From assembly GCA_030037875.1 (NCBI GenBank), contig JASHPV010000089.1, forward strand, positions 1 through 61,108: 61,108 bases of DNA, written 5' to 3'. This stretch comes from Thermoplasmata archaeon (GTDB lineage Archaea; Thermoplasmatota; Thermoplasmata; Lutacidiplasmatales; UBA184). Position 1 is the stretch's first letter. Each line of letters starts with the position of its first letter. This document shows positions 1-8,804 of this stretch, piece by piece. The notes under the pieces were generated by a model. That model worked only from the letters and a program-made list of their open reading frames with translations. It searched no databases and had not been told where the DNA came from. A program made the translations under genes and the position numbers.

Positions 1-1179
1 GGCTCGATCGATAACCTGATCTTCTACGCCGGGGCCGTTCGGACGCTGGACGCGAAGAGCCCCCAAGAGTTCCTCGGAGATGGGACGACCATCTTCCGAC
101 GGGAACCCGTCGGCGTGGTCGGCTCGATCACGCCGTGGAACTATCCGTTCATGATGGCGGTCTGGAAGGTCGGACCGGCGTTGGTGACCGGCAACACGGT
201 CGTCCTCAAGCCCGCAAGTTGGACCCCTTTGACCACTCTCGAACTGGGCAAGGCGTTCACGGAAGCCGGGCTTCCGGCCGGCGTACTGAACGTCGTGACT
301 GGCCCAGGGCCAGAGGTCGGGGACGAGCTGTGCCGCAACGCGAAGGTCGACATGGTCTCCCTTACCGGGGACACCGCGACCGGAAAGAAGGTCATGGAAG
401 CGGCGAGCAGCACCGTGAAGCGCGTGCAGCTCGAGCTGGGGGGCAAGGCGCCGTTCGTTGTCTTCGAGGACGCGGATATCCCCGCCGCCGTGGAAGGAGC
501 CATCGTCGGCGGCTACGTGAACGGGGGCCAGGACTGCACGGCGGCGACCCGGATCATCATCCACCAGTCGGTCCGCGAGAAGTTCGAGAAGGGGCTCCTA
601 GAGCGGGTCAAGCAGGTCCGCGTCGGCGACCCCGCTTCCCGGTCCACCGACCTGGGTCCGCTCGTCCACGCGAGCCACCAGAAGAAGGTGCTCGATTGGG
701 TGGAGGAGGGCAAGCACGAGGGAGCGAAACTGCGGATCGGCGGGACCGAAGCCGGGGGGAAGCTCAAGCAAGGGGCCTTCGTCAACGCCACCGTCTTCGA
801 CCAGGTGGCGCCGGACATGGAGATCGCCCAGCGGGAGATCTTCGGGCCGGTCCTGGACGTGATCGAGTTCGAGAAGTTCGACGACGCCATCGAAATCGCC
901 AACGGAGTGGACTACGGTCTGGCCGGCAGCGTGTGGACCCAGAACGTTCGCACGGCGCTGCGTGCGGCGAACGCCCTGCGGTTCGGGGACGTGTGGGTGA
1001 ACGACCACCTGCCGCTGGGCTCGGAGACGCCCCACGGCGGTTTCAAGCAATCCGGCTTCGGGAAGGACCTCGGCACGGATTCATTGAACGACTACACGGT
1101 CGTGAAGAACCTCTACATCGACCTCACGGGACAGGCGCGCAAGGGTTGGCACTACACGGTCTACGGCGACCCGGCCTAG
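1..1179 (+). CDS. Aldehyde dehydrogenase, gamma-aminobutyraldehyde-dehydrogenase-like (5' end cut by window edge)
   Basis: Frame 1 is open from base 1. Motifs ITPWNYPFMMAVWKVGPAL, ELGGKAP and catalytic-Cys GQDCTAATR resemble PatD/YdcW-type ALDHs. Confidence 0.9.
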   Translation, partial: GSIDNLIFYAGAVRTLDAKSPQEFLGDGTTIFRREPVGVVGSITPWNYPFMMAVWKVGPALVTGNTVVLKPASWTPLTTLELGKAFTEAGLPAGVLNVVTGPGPEVGDELCRNAKVDMVSLTGDTATGKKVMEAASSTVKRVQLELGGKAPFVVFEDADIPAAVEGAIVGGYVNGGQDCTAATRIIIHQSVREKFEKGLLERVKQVRVGDPASRSTDLGPLVHASHQKKVLDWVEEGKHEGAKLRIGGTEAGGKLKQGAFVNATVFDQVAPDMEIAQREIFGPVLDVIEFEKFDDAIEIANGVDYGLAGSVWTQNVRTALRAANALRFGDVWVNDHLPLGSETPHGGFKQSGFGKDLGTDSLNDYTVVKNLYIDLTGQARKGWHYTVYGDPA

Positions 1180-1200
1180 GACCCGCCGGCGCAGGGAGTC

Positions 1201-2679
1201 ATGGCGTCGGCCGAGTCGGGGGAAACGGGTCTCCTCTTCATCGGCGGCAACTGGGTTCCGTCCCGGTCCGGCCGCTGGCAAGAGGTCGACGACCCCTCCA
1301 CGGGCCGTCGGCTCGGCCGGGTGTCCGTCGCCTCCCGGGAAGAAGCCTCGGCCGCCGTGGACGCGGCCGCCGCGGTCGAAGAGTCCTGGGGCTCCACCCC
1401 GATCCACGAGCGGGCCCGACTGTTGCGTGCCCTCTCGGACCGACTCGCGGCGGACAGCGAGGGAATGGCCCGGTTGATCGCGCAAGAGGTGGGAAAGCCG
1501 ATCGTCGATGCTCGGGTCGAGGCCGGACGGGCGGTCACGGTCTACCAGCTCGCCGCCGACGAAGCCCGCCACCTGACGGGAGAGTCCTTCCCGGCCGATG
1601 CGTACGCCTACCCGGCGGGCAACGAGCGACGGTTCTTGTTCTCGGTCCGAGACCCGATCGGCGTCGTCGTCGCGATCAGTCCGTTCAATTTCCCTCTCAA
1701 CCTGCTTTCCCATAAAGTGGCTCCCGCGCTCGCCGCGGGCAATCCGGTCGTGATCAAGCCCACCAGCTCGGCCCCGCTCACGGCCCTCAGGCTCGCCAAG
1801 CACGCGGACGCCGCAGGCTTTCCCCGAGGGGTCGTGAATGTGGTCGTGGGCCCGGGCGGCGAGGTCGGCGATACGCTGGTCGAGCATCCTCGCACCCGGC
1901 TCGTGACGTTCACCGGCTCCACGTCGGTGGGTAAGAGCATAGCCGAGAAGGCCGGACGTCACGCGAAGCGGGTGATCTTGGAAATGGGAGGACTGGACCC
2001 GTTCATCGTGCTCGACGATGCTCCGCTCGACGTGACCGTAGCGGCCGCGGTGCGCGGTGCCTTCGGATACTCGGGCCAGGTCTGCACGGCGTCCAAGCGG
2101 CTGCTGGTCTCGGACGCGGTCGCCGACCGATTTGCCCGGGCCCTGACCGAGCGCGCGGGGAAACTGAAGGTGGGACCGGCGCTTTCGGAGGACACTCAAG
2201 TGGGCCCGGTCATCGACTCCGCGGCGCTGGACCGAATGGACCGGCTCGTCGGCGATGCGGTGTCCCACTCGGCCAAGGTCCTTCTCGGGGGACAGCGCGC
2301 CTCTGAGCTCGCCCCGGGTTACTTCTACCGACCGACGGTCCTCGATGACGTTACCCCTGAATCGAAGATCGCGCAAGAGGAGCCGTTCGGTCCGGTCGCC
2401 CCCATCCTGCGATTCCGCGACCTCGACGAGGCGGTCCGGATCGCCAACGGAACCCCCTACGGGCTCCAGGCGGCGGTGTACACGAACGACATCAAGAGCG
2501 CGTTCGCCATCGCGAAGCGGATCCGGGCGGGCGGCGTCCACATCAACGACCCTACCTCGCTCCGGTGGGACGCGCTGCCCTTCGGCGGCGTGAAAGAGAG
2601 CGGCCTCGGGCGCGAGGGGCTCCGGTACGCGATGGAAGAAATGACCGAGGTCAAGCTGATCTCGGTCAACTACGGCTGA
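1201..2679 (+). CDS. Aldehyde dehydrogenase family protein (succinate-semialdehyde/lactaldehyde DH-like)
   Basis: 492-aa ORF with ATG start 22 nt after the previous stop. Motifs FNFPLNL, LEMGGLDP and GQVCTASKR (catalytic Cys). Confidence 0.9.
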   Translation: MASAESGETGLLFIGGNWVPSRSGRWQEVDDPSTGRRLGRVSVASREEASAAVDAAAAVEESWGSTPIHERARLLRALSDRLAADSEGMARLIAQEVGKPIVDARVEAGRAVTVYQLAADEARHLTGESFPADAYAYPAGNERRFLFSVRDPIGVVVAISPFNFPLNLLSHKVAPALAAGNPVVIKPTSSAPLTALRLAKHADAAGFPRGVVNVVVGPGGEVGDTLVEHPRTRLVTFTGSTSVGKSIAEKAGRHAKRVILEMGGLDPFIVLDDAPLDVTVAAAVRGAFGYSGQVCTASKRLLVSDAVADRFARALTERAGKLKVGPALSEDTQVGPVIDSAALDRMDRLVGDAVSHSAKVLLGGQRASELAPGYFYRPTVLDDVTPESKIAQEEPFGPVAPILRFRDLDEAVRIANGTPYGLQAAVYTNDIKSAFAIAKRIRAGGVHINDPTSLRWDALPFGGVKESGLGREGLRYAMEEMTEVKLISVNYG

Positions 2680-2712
2680 GCGCGAGATCCTGCCATCGGG
2701 AGTGGAGCCCGA

Positions 2713-4275
2713 ATGTACGACGTCGTGATCATCGGGGGAGGGCATAATGGCCTCACCGCGGCGGCCTACTTGGCCCGGGGCGGGGCCAGGGTCGTCGTGC
2801 TGGAGCGGCGCCCCATCGTCGGAGGCGCCTGCGTTACGGAGGAGCCGTGGCCGGGCTTCCGCATCAACACCTACGCCTACCTCGCCGGGATGCTGAGCGC
2901 GAAAGTGATCGACGAGCTACGGTTGTCCGAGTTCGGTTATCGAACCATTCCGCATGACCCGGAAGGGTTCATTCCCTTCCCCGATGGCCGGTCGCTCACG
3001 GTGTGGGCCGACACGGCCCGGACCCAGAAGGAGATCGCGCGATTTTCTGCCCGAGATGCGGAGGCCTACCCCCGGTACCTCCAGCATTGGGCGGAGATCC
3101 TGAAGCTCCTTGAGCCGATCCTCGGCGGCAGTCCGCCCTCTTTACGAGAACTGACCGAGCGGTTCCGGGGCCCCGAGTACGAGCGATTGCTCCGCGACCT
3201 GGTCCTGCGGAGCGCAGAGGATTTTCTCTCCGAATGGTTCGAGTCGGAAGAGGTCAAGGCCGCCCTGGGGTTCAGTGCGTGCGTCGGGGCGTTCACCAGC
3301 CCCCGCCGGCCGGGAACGGCATACGTGCTGGCGCACAACAGCGTGACCGAGCTCGGAGGGCGTGCGGGGGCGTGGGGATTCGCCGTGGGAGGCATGGGGC
3401 GGACCACCGAGGCCCTCGCGCGGGCCGCTCAAGGGTTAGGGGCCGAAATTCGGACCGGCGTCGAGGTTCGGTCGCTGCTCGTCGAAGCCGGCCAGGTTCG
3501 CGGGGTCCAGACCACCGATGGCCACCGGGTCGAAGCGAGAGCGGTGGCCTCGGGGGTCGACATCAAGCAGACGCTACTGGGACTCGCGCCGGCCGACTCC
3601 GTTCCGCCAGAAGTCGCGCGTCAGGTTCGGAGCTTCAAGACCTACGCCACGACGCTCAAGTTCAACGCCGCGCTCCGCCGCCTGCCGCGCTTCACTGCCC
3701 AACCCGAAGTGCCGGGCCCGCATCATCAAGCCTCGATCACGATAGGTCCCTCGTTGGCGTACCTCGACCGAGCCTACGCGATGGCCGCGAGCGGCCAGCT
3801 TTCGGACCCGCCGTTCGCCGAGATATTGTTCCAGAGCGCCGTCGACCCTTCGGTCGCGCCCCCGGGTCAGCATACCATGACGTGCTCCGTCAAGTACGCG
3901 CCTCGGGAGCTCGTCGGAACCTCCTGGTCGGACCATCGGGCCGCCGCCGCGGAACTCGTCCTGTCGACCTTGGAGGAGTACGCTCCGGACATCCGCGAGG
4001 TCGTGAAGCACGCCCAGGTCGTGACCCCGGAGGACATCGAGACCACACTGGGCATGACCGGCGGCAGTTGTTTTCATGGAGACCTGACGCCCGACCAAAT
4101 GTTCTCGATGCGTCCGTTTCCCGGCGCAAGCGGGTACCGTCTCCCGATCCCCGGTCTGTACCTCTGCGGCTCGTCGGCCCATCCGGGCGGCGGCGTCACG
4201 GGCGTGCCGGGGCGGAACGCGGCCCAGGTCATCCTGGCCGATTTACATCGGGCGGGAGCCCCGCCTGCGGGCTAG
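2713..4275 (+). CDS. FAD-dependent oxidoreductase, phytoene-desaturase/PYROXD2-like (paralogue 1)
   Basis: N-terminal dinucleotide fold YDVVIIGGGHNGLTAAAYL..LERRPIVGGACVTEE. Colinear similarity to 4335-5933 and 10032-11621 along the full length. Confidence 0.85.
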   Translation: MYDVVIIGGGHNGLTAAAYLARGGARVVVLERRPIVGGACVTEEPWPGFRINTYAYLAGMLSAKVIDELRLSEFGYRTIPHDPEGFIPFPDGRSLTVWADTARTQKEIARFSARDAEAYPRYLQHWAEILKLLEPILGGSPPSLRELTERFRGPEYERLLRDLVLRSAEDFLSEWFESEEVKAALGFSACVGAFTSPRRPGTAYVLAHNSVTELGGRAGAWGFAVGGMGRTTEALARAAQGLGAEIRTGVEVRSLLVEAGQVRGVQTTDGHRVEARAVASGVDIKQTLLGLAPADSVPPEVARQVRSFKTYATTLKFNAALRRLPRFTAQPEVPGPHHQASITIGPSLAYLDRAYAMAASGQLSDPPFAEILFQSAVDPSVAPPGQHTMTCSVKYAPRELVGTSWSDHRAAAAELVLSTLEEYAPDIREVVKHAQVVTPEDIETTLGMTGGSCFHGDLTPDQMFSMRPFPGASGYRLPIPGLYLCGSSAHPGGGVTGVPGRNAAQVILADLHRAGAPPAG

Positions 4276-4305
4276 ACCCGGGGCCCCCGTTCCTCGAGCC
4301 GCGGA

Positions 4306-4312
4306 TTAAATA
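4306..4312 (+). promoter_or_regulatory. TATA-like box (TTAAATA) upstream of paralogue 2
   Basis: The only AT-rich heptamer in the 59-nt GC-rich spacer. Its centre is about 26 nt upstream of GTG 4335, which fits a leaderless archaeal transcript. Confidence 0.3.
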
Positions 4313-4334
4313 GCGGGACCGGGCTGCCCCGCGC

Positions 4335-5933
4335 GTGTCCTCGTATGATGTGATCATCATCGGCGGCGGCCACAATGGGCTCGTAGCGGCGGGGTACCTC
4401 GGAAAAGCCGGAGCCAAGGCCCTCGTTCTCGAGCGACGACCGATCGTCGGCGGCGCCGCCGTCACCGAGGAACCTTGGCCGGGGTACCGCATCAACACGT
4501 TCTCGTACGTCGCGGGCCTTCTGCGCCCACAGATCGTCGATGACCTGGAACTGAGTTCCTACGGCTATGAGACGATCCTGTACGACCCGCAATCCTTCGT
4601 CCCCTTCCCGAACGGCACGTCGCTGAGCCTATGGAACGACACGGAAAAAACGCAGAAGGAGATCGCTAAGTTTTCCGCCAAGGACGCGGCGATCTACCCA
4701 AAGTACGAAGAGTACTGGGACAATGTTCTGGACCTCGTCGAGCCCTTGTTGCTGGCGCCACCGGTCCCGCTGCCAGAACTCGTGGGGATGTTCGAGGGGA
4801 CACAGGCCGAGGAGCTCGTGCGCGAGCTGTTCCTTCTCAGCGCCTGGGATTTCCTGGACGAGTGGTTCGAGAGCGACGAGGTCAAGATCAGTTTCGCGAC
4901 CAACGCGGTGATCGGCGAGATGTGCGGGCCCCGTACTCCTGGGACCGCCTACGTGCTCGCCCACCATAACATCGGAGTGCTCGACGGTCAGCGCAAGGTA
5001 TGGGGATTCTCCAAGGGAGGGATGGGCCGGATCTCCGAAGCCCTGGCCGCGTCGGCCCGTCATCACGGGGTCGAGATCCGGACCGGCGTGGGAGTGCGCC
5101 AGATTCTGCTGCAGAACGGAAAGGCCGTCGGAGTCGAGACGGCGACGGGGGAACGGATCCACGCCACCGCGGTCGCCTCCAACCTCGATGTGAAACGCAC
5201 GCTGCTCGAGCTGACCCCTCCGGACGCGGTGCCCGCCGACATCCGCCGGCAGGCGGAACGGTTCCGGACCCGCGGGGCGGCGCTCAAATTCAATGCCGCG
5301 CTCGATGACCTGCCGGAGTTCACGGCGGCTCCCGGGCGCCCGGGTCCGCATCACCGGGGAGCGATCGAGATCGCTCCGTCCATGGAGTATCTCGAGAAGG
5401 CGTTCGACGACGCCAAGTACGGAAACTTCTCCCAGCACCCGTTTCTCGACATCGAGTTCCAGAGCGCCTCGGACCCCACGATGGCGCCCCCGGGGAAGCA
5501 CGTGATGACGTGCTTCGTGATGTACGCTCCTCGCGAGCTATCGGGTACCACGTGGTCGGAGTTCAAGCCGGCCGCCGGCGAGCGGTGCCTGGACACGATC
5601 GCCGAGTACGCGCCGGATATCCGGAAACAGGTCCGGCACTGGCAGATCATCTCGCCCGAAGATATCGAGACCACTCTCGGGATGTCCGGCGGGAATATCT
5701 TCCAGGGTGACATCACCCCCGACCAGATCTTCTCCTTCCGACCCTTGCTCGGATGGGCGAACTACCGGACACCGGTCCCGGGATTGTACTTCTGCGGCTC
5801 CACCGCCCACCCCGGGGGCGGGGTCACCGGGGCACCGGGCTACAACGGCGCCCATGCCCTTCTGGAGGACTTGCCAAAACTGAAGAAAGGCGAGTTCCCC
5901 CGGCCCGGGGTGGGCCCGGGCGGAACAAGTTAA
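4335..5933 (+). CDS. FAD-dependent oxidoreductase, phytoene-desaturase/PYROXD2-like (paralogue 2)
   Basis: GTG start. SYDVIIIGGGHNGLVAAGYL..LERRPIVGGAAVTEEPWPGYRINTFSYVAGLLRPQIVDDLEL. C-terminal GSTAHPGGGVTGAPG is shared with the paralogues. Confidence 0.85.
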   Translation: MSSYDVIIIGGGHNGLVAAGYLGKAGAKALVLERRPIVGGAAVTEEPWPGYRINTFSYVAGLLRPQIVDDLELSSYGYETILYDPQSFVPFPNGTSLSLWNDTEKTQKEIAKFSAKDAAIYPKYEEYWDNVLDLVEPLLLAPPVPLPELVGMFEGTQAEELVRELFLLSAWDFLDEWFESDEVKISFATNAVIGEMCGPRTPGTAYVLAHHNIGVLDGQRKVWGFSKGGMGRISEALAASARHHGVEIRTGVGVRQILLQNGKAVGVETATGERIHATAVASNLDVKRTLLELTPPDAVPADIRRQAERFRTRGAALKFNAALDDLPEFTAAPGRPGPHHRGAIEIAPSMEYLEKAFDDAKYGNFSQHPFLDIEFQSASDPTMAPPGKHVMTCFVMYAPRELSGTTWSEFKPAAGERCLDTIAEYAPDIRKQVRHWQIISPEDIETTLGMSGGNIFQGDITPDQIFSFRPLLGWANYRTPVPGLYFCGSTAHPGGGVTGAPGYNGAHALLEDLPKLKKGEFPRPGVGPGGTS

Positions 5934-5957
5934 CACCCTCCCCGGCTCGGGCACTCG

Positions 5958-7295
5958 ATGCCGGCCGGCCCCTCTTCCCACCGTCGAAAGAAGTCGGTGG
6001 GGACCGATTACTGGGCGCGGTACCAGCAGCTGTTCCCTCGCTACTTCTGGTCGGAAGAAACCCGTCTCGCGAGCGTCATCGTGGCCGACGCGAAGGGGTC
6101 GACGGTCCGGGACACGTCCGGCAAGAGCTACATCGACCTCACGAGCCAGTGGGCGACGAACAACCTAGGAAACGTTCCGCCGGAGGTCCTCGGCGTGACG
6201 GTCGAGGCGCTTCGTCGGTACGGGTTCCTGACCTACTTCATGACCCCGCATATTCCGATGATCGAGCTGGCGGAGCGGCTGATCGAGAACCGGCCCTCCC
6301 CGAATCTGTCCCGAGTGTTCCTGGAGCTCTCCGGCACCGGGGCCGCAGAAGGCGCGGTCAAGCACGCCGTCGAGGCGAGCCACCGACCGCTCATCCTCAG
6401 CTTCCTGGGGCAGTATCACGGTCTCTCGATCGGAACGAACCTCATCGGTAGCCTCAGCGCGCATGAACGGAGATATTGGGAAGCGTGGGGCGGCGGAGCG
6501 CTGCACGCGCCGTACCCGTTTCCGTACCGGCGACCCCGAGGGATGAGTCCGGAGGAATACGGGGACTGGGTCCTGGAGTACATCGAGGAACAGGTCGTGG
6601 GCCGGCAGGCGGAAGCCGACCGGATCGCCGGGGTGATCCTGGAACCGGTCGCCTGCGAGGCCGGTATCTGGATTCCCCCGGCGAAGTTCGTTCGGGGGCT
6701 CGCCAAGCTCTGCGAGGCCCATGACTGGTTCTTCATCGATGACGAGGTCGAGACCGGCCTCGGGCGAACGGGGAAGATGTGGGGGATCGAGCACTTCGGA
6801 GTAGCCCCGGACCTGATGGCGATCGGGAAGGGGATCTCGGGCGGGTTGATGCCCATCGGCGCGGTGATGGGGACGGAGGAGGTCATGGGCGAGGCGATAG
6901 TCGCGGCGGGGACGACCTTCGCGGGCCATCCGGCGGCGTGCGCTGCCGCCACCAAGACCCTCGAGATCCTGCGGCGAGACAAGATTCCGGAACGCTCGGC
7001 TCGACTCGGCGCCGCGGCGCTCAAACGGATGAAGGAATGGGAACGCCTACCGAACGTCGGCGAAGTGAGAGGGTTGGGTCTCTGCCTCGCGGTCGAGCTG
7101 GTCCGGGACAAGCGGTCCCGAAAGGCCTTCTCCGAGTTGGGCCGGCGCATTTTCTTCGACTGCGTCGAGCACGGCACGATCCCGCTTTGGAACTACGGTG
7201 ACCATGTCGTCCGCATCGAACCTCCATTGACGATCGAGCCAGAAACTCTCGACGCCGGCCTGGACGCGGTCGAGTCCGCCCTCCGACGCGGCTGA
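5958..7295 (+). CDS. Class-III (omega) aminotransferase, PLP-dependent
   Basis: DDEVETGLGRTGKMWG and the PLP-lysine region AIGKGISGG. 445 aa. Confidence 0.9.
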   Translation: MPAGPSSHRRKKSVGTDYWARYQQLFPRYFWSEETRLASVIVADAKGSTVRDTSGKSYIDLTSQWATNNLGNVPPEVLGVTVEALRRYGFLTYFMTPHIPMIELAERLIENRPSPNLSRVFLELSGTGAAEGAVKHAVEASHRPLILSFLGQYHGLSIGTNLIGSLSAHERRYWEAWGGGALHAPYPFPYRRPRGMSPEEYGDWVLEYIEEQVVGRQAEADRIAGVILEPVACEAGIWIPPAKFVRGLAKLCEAHDWFFIDDEVETGLGRTGKMWGIEHFGVAPDLMAIGKGISGGLMPIGAVMGTEEVMGEAIVAAGTTFAGHPAACAAATKTLEILRRDKIPERSARLGAAALKRMKEWERLPNVGEVRGLGLCLAVELVRDKRSRKAFSELGRRIFFDCVEHGTIPLWNYGDHVVRIEPPLTIEPETLDAGLDAVESALRRG

Positions 7296-7449
7296 ACGCG
7301 GGTCCGCCGTACTCCGGGTCCCCGAACCGACCGGGGATTTCCGTCTTGGAATCCGTTCCGAATCGGTCACTTTCGGCCCAGTTCCGGTTCCGGTTTCTGT
7401 CCGAAACGGGTTATTTCTGTACATAATCGACATTTTTCACATCTAAAAT

Positions 7450-7481
7450 GGTCTATTCAGCGCTCAAACGTGACATAGACC
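7450..7481. repeat. Inverted repeat GGTCTAT-N18-ATAGACC
   Basis: Perfect 7-nt arms at 7450-7456 and 7475-7481, inside the unusually AT-rich 339-nt spacer upstream of the Rieske genes. Confidence 0.5.
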
Positions 7482-7603
7482 ATAGGACCCCCGAGACAGG
7501 CTAACAGCAGCCCGGCATTGCACTTTGGCTCGTGGGGTCAATACAAAGGATAGAGCATCGAACTGTATCGAAATACGGGGTAAACACCCCCTCTGGCGCC
7601 AAG

Positions 7604-7610
7604 TTTTTAT
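7604..7610 (+). promoter_or_regulatory. TATA-like box (TTTTTAT) for the Rieske oxygenase operon
   Basis: Centre is about 28 nt upstream of ATG 7635, and no Shine-Dalgarno lies between. This suggests a leaderless or near-leaderless mRNA. Confidence 0.35.
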
Positions 7611-7634
7611 GCGCAGGACGGTCTTCCTCCGATA

Positions 7635-8795
7635 ATGTCGGCGATCGCGAAGGGACGGGGAGGTGCGCGCGAGACGGAACCCAAGGGACATCTCTCGGGT
7701 ACAACTCCCGACGGCCACGTCTACTGGGACGAGGCCGTGCTCCGCACGGAGCTCGACCGATTCTTCTACCGCAACTGGGTCCTCGTCGGCCGGGAGGAGC
7801 AGATCCCGAAGACCGGGGACTACCTGACCCGGTCCATCGGGACGGAAGGCATCATTCTCCTTCGGGACAAGGAAGGACAGATTCGGGGGTTCCAGAACGT
7901 CTGCCGGCATCGGGGGACCCAACTCCTCGAACAGCCCCATGGCTCCGGCCTTCGGTCGATCGTCTGCCCGTATCACGTCTGGACCTACGGGCTCGACGGA
8001 CGCCTCAACGGCGCCGGACACATGCAGTCCGTTCAGGGGTTCCGTAAGGAGGACAACGGGCTGTTCCCGGTCCGCGTCGAGGCGGCCGCCGGATTCATTT
8101 GGGCGAATCTCGACCCGAACGCTGCCCCCCTCGCCACCCAGCTTGGCCCCTTCCTGGAGCGGATCGCTCGCTTCCCGCTGGCCCAGCTACGAGCCGGCCC
8201 GACGCATACCTACACGATCGAGGCGAACTGGAAGCTACTGGTCGAGAACTACTCGGAGTGCTACCACTGCGCGCCGATCCACCCCGAACTGAACCGGATC
8301 ACCCCGTACATGACGGGGGACAACGACGCCTTCTTTACCGAAGGGAAGGGCAAGTTCTCCGGGGGGTACCAGACCTTCGCGGGCGACTACACGTCGATGA
8401 CGATGACCGGCTACACCCGCCGGTCGGCGCTGCCCGGCATGACCGAGGAGGACCGGAAGCGGATCTACTACTATGTGCTCTGGCCGAACACCTTCTTCAG
8501 CCTGCACCCCGACTACCTGATGGTCCATACCGCCTGGCCGATCTCCCCCGGCCGGTCCCGGGTCGAGAACGAGTTCTACTTCGACCCCGCGGAGATGGCG
8601 AAGCCGGACTTCGACCCGAGCGATGCGGTGGGGGTCTGGGACATCATCAACCGACAGGACTGGCACGTTTGCGAGCTGGCCCAGAAGGGTACCCAGAGCC
8701 GCACCTGGCACGGCGGCCGGTACAGCGAGCAAGAGACGCTGGTGTGGGACTTTGATGCGTACTATCAGGACCAGATGGGACGAGAGACTCCCTAA
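7635..8795 (+). CDS. Rieske [2Fe-2S] non-heme-iron oxygenase, alpha subunit (paralogue 1)
   Basis: Rieske motif CRHRGTQL...CPYHVWTY. Catalytic-domain motif NWKLLVENYSECYHCAPIHPEL. Confidence 0.85.
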   Translation: MSAIAKGRGGARETEPKGHLSGTTPDGHVYWDEAVLRTELDRFFYRNWVLVGREEQIPKTGDYLTRSIGTEGIILLRDKEGQIRGFQNVCRHRGTQLLEQPHGSGLRSIVCPYHVWTYGLDGRLNGAGHMQSVQGFRKEDNGLFPVRVEAAAGFIWANLDPNAAPLATQLGPFLERIARFPLAQLRAGPTHTYTIEANWKLLVENYSECYHCAPIHPELNRITPYMTGDNDAFFTEGKGKFSGGYQTFAGDYTSMTMTGYTRRSALPGMTEEDRKRIYYYVLWPNTFFSLHPDYLMVHTAWPISPGRSRVENEFYFDPAEMAKPDFDPSDAVGVWDIINRQDWHVCELAQKGTQSRTWHGGRYSEQETLVWDFDAYYQDQMGRETP

Positions 8796-8804
8796 GGAGG
8801 TCGG

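Noticed and set aside
1081-2745. 554-aa minus-strand ORF opposite the second aldehyde dehydrogenase
   Set aside because: It is a shadow ORF with Arg/Asp/Gly-rich composition. The plus strand encodes a complete ALDH with its catalytic motifs.
7296-7634. Possible TPP or other known riboswitch in the AT-rich leader
   Set aside because: I looked for the TPP core (CUGAGA … ACCUGAUCUGGAUAAUGCCAGCG) and found only a loose resemblance (CCGAGACAGG … CCCGGCATTGC). There is not enough support without a covariance-model scan.
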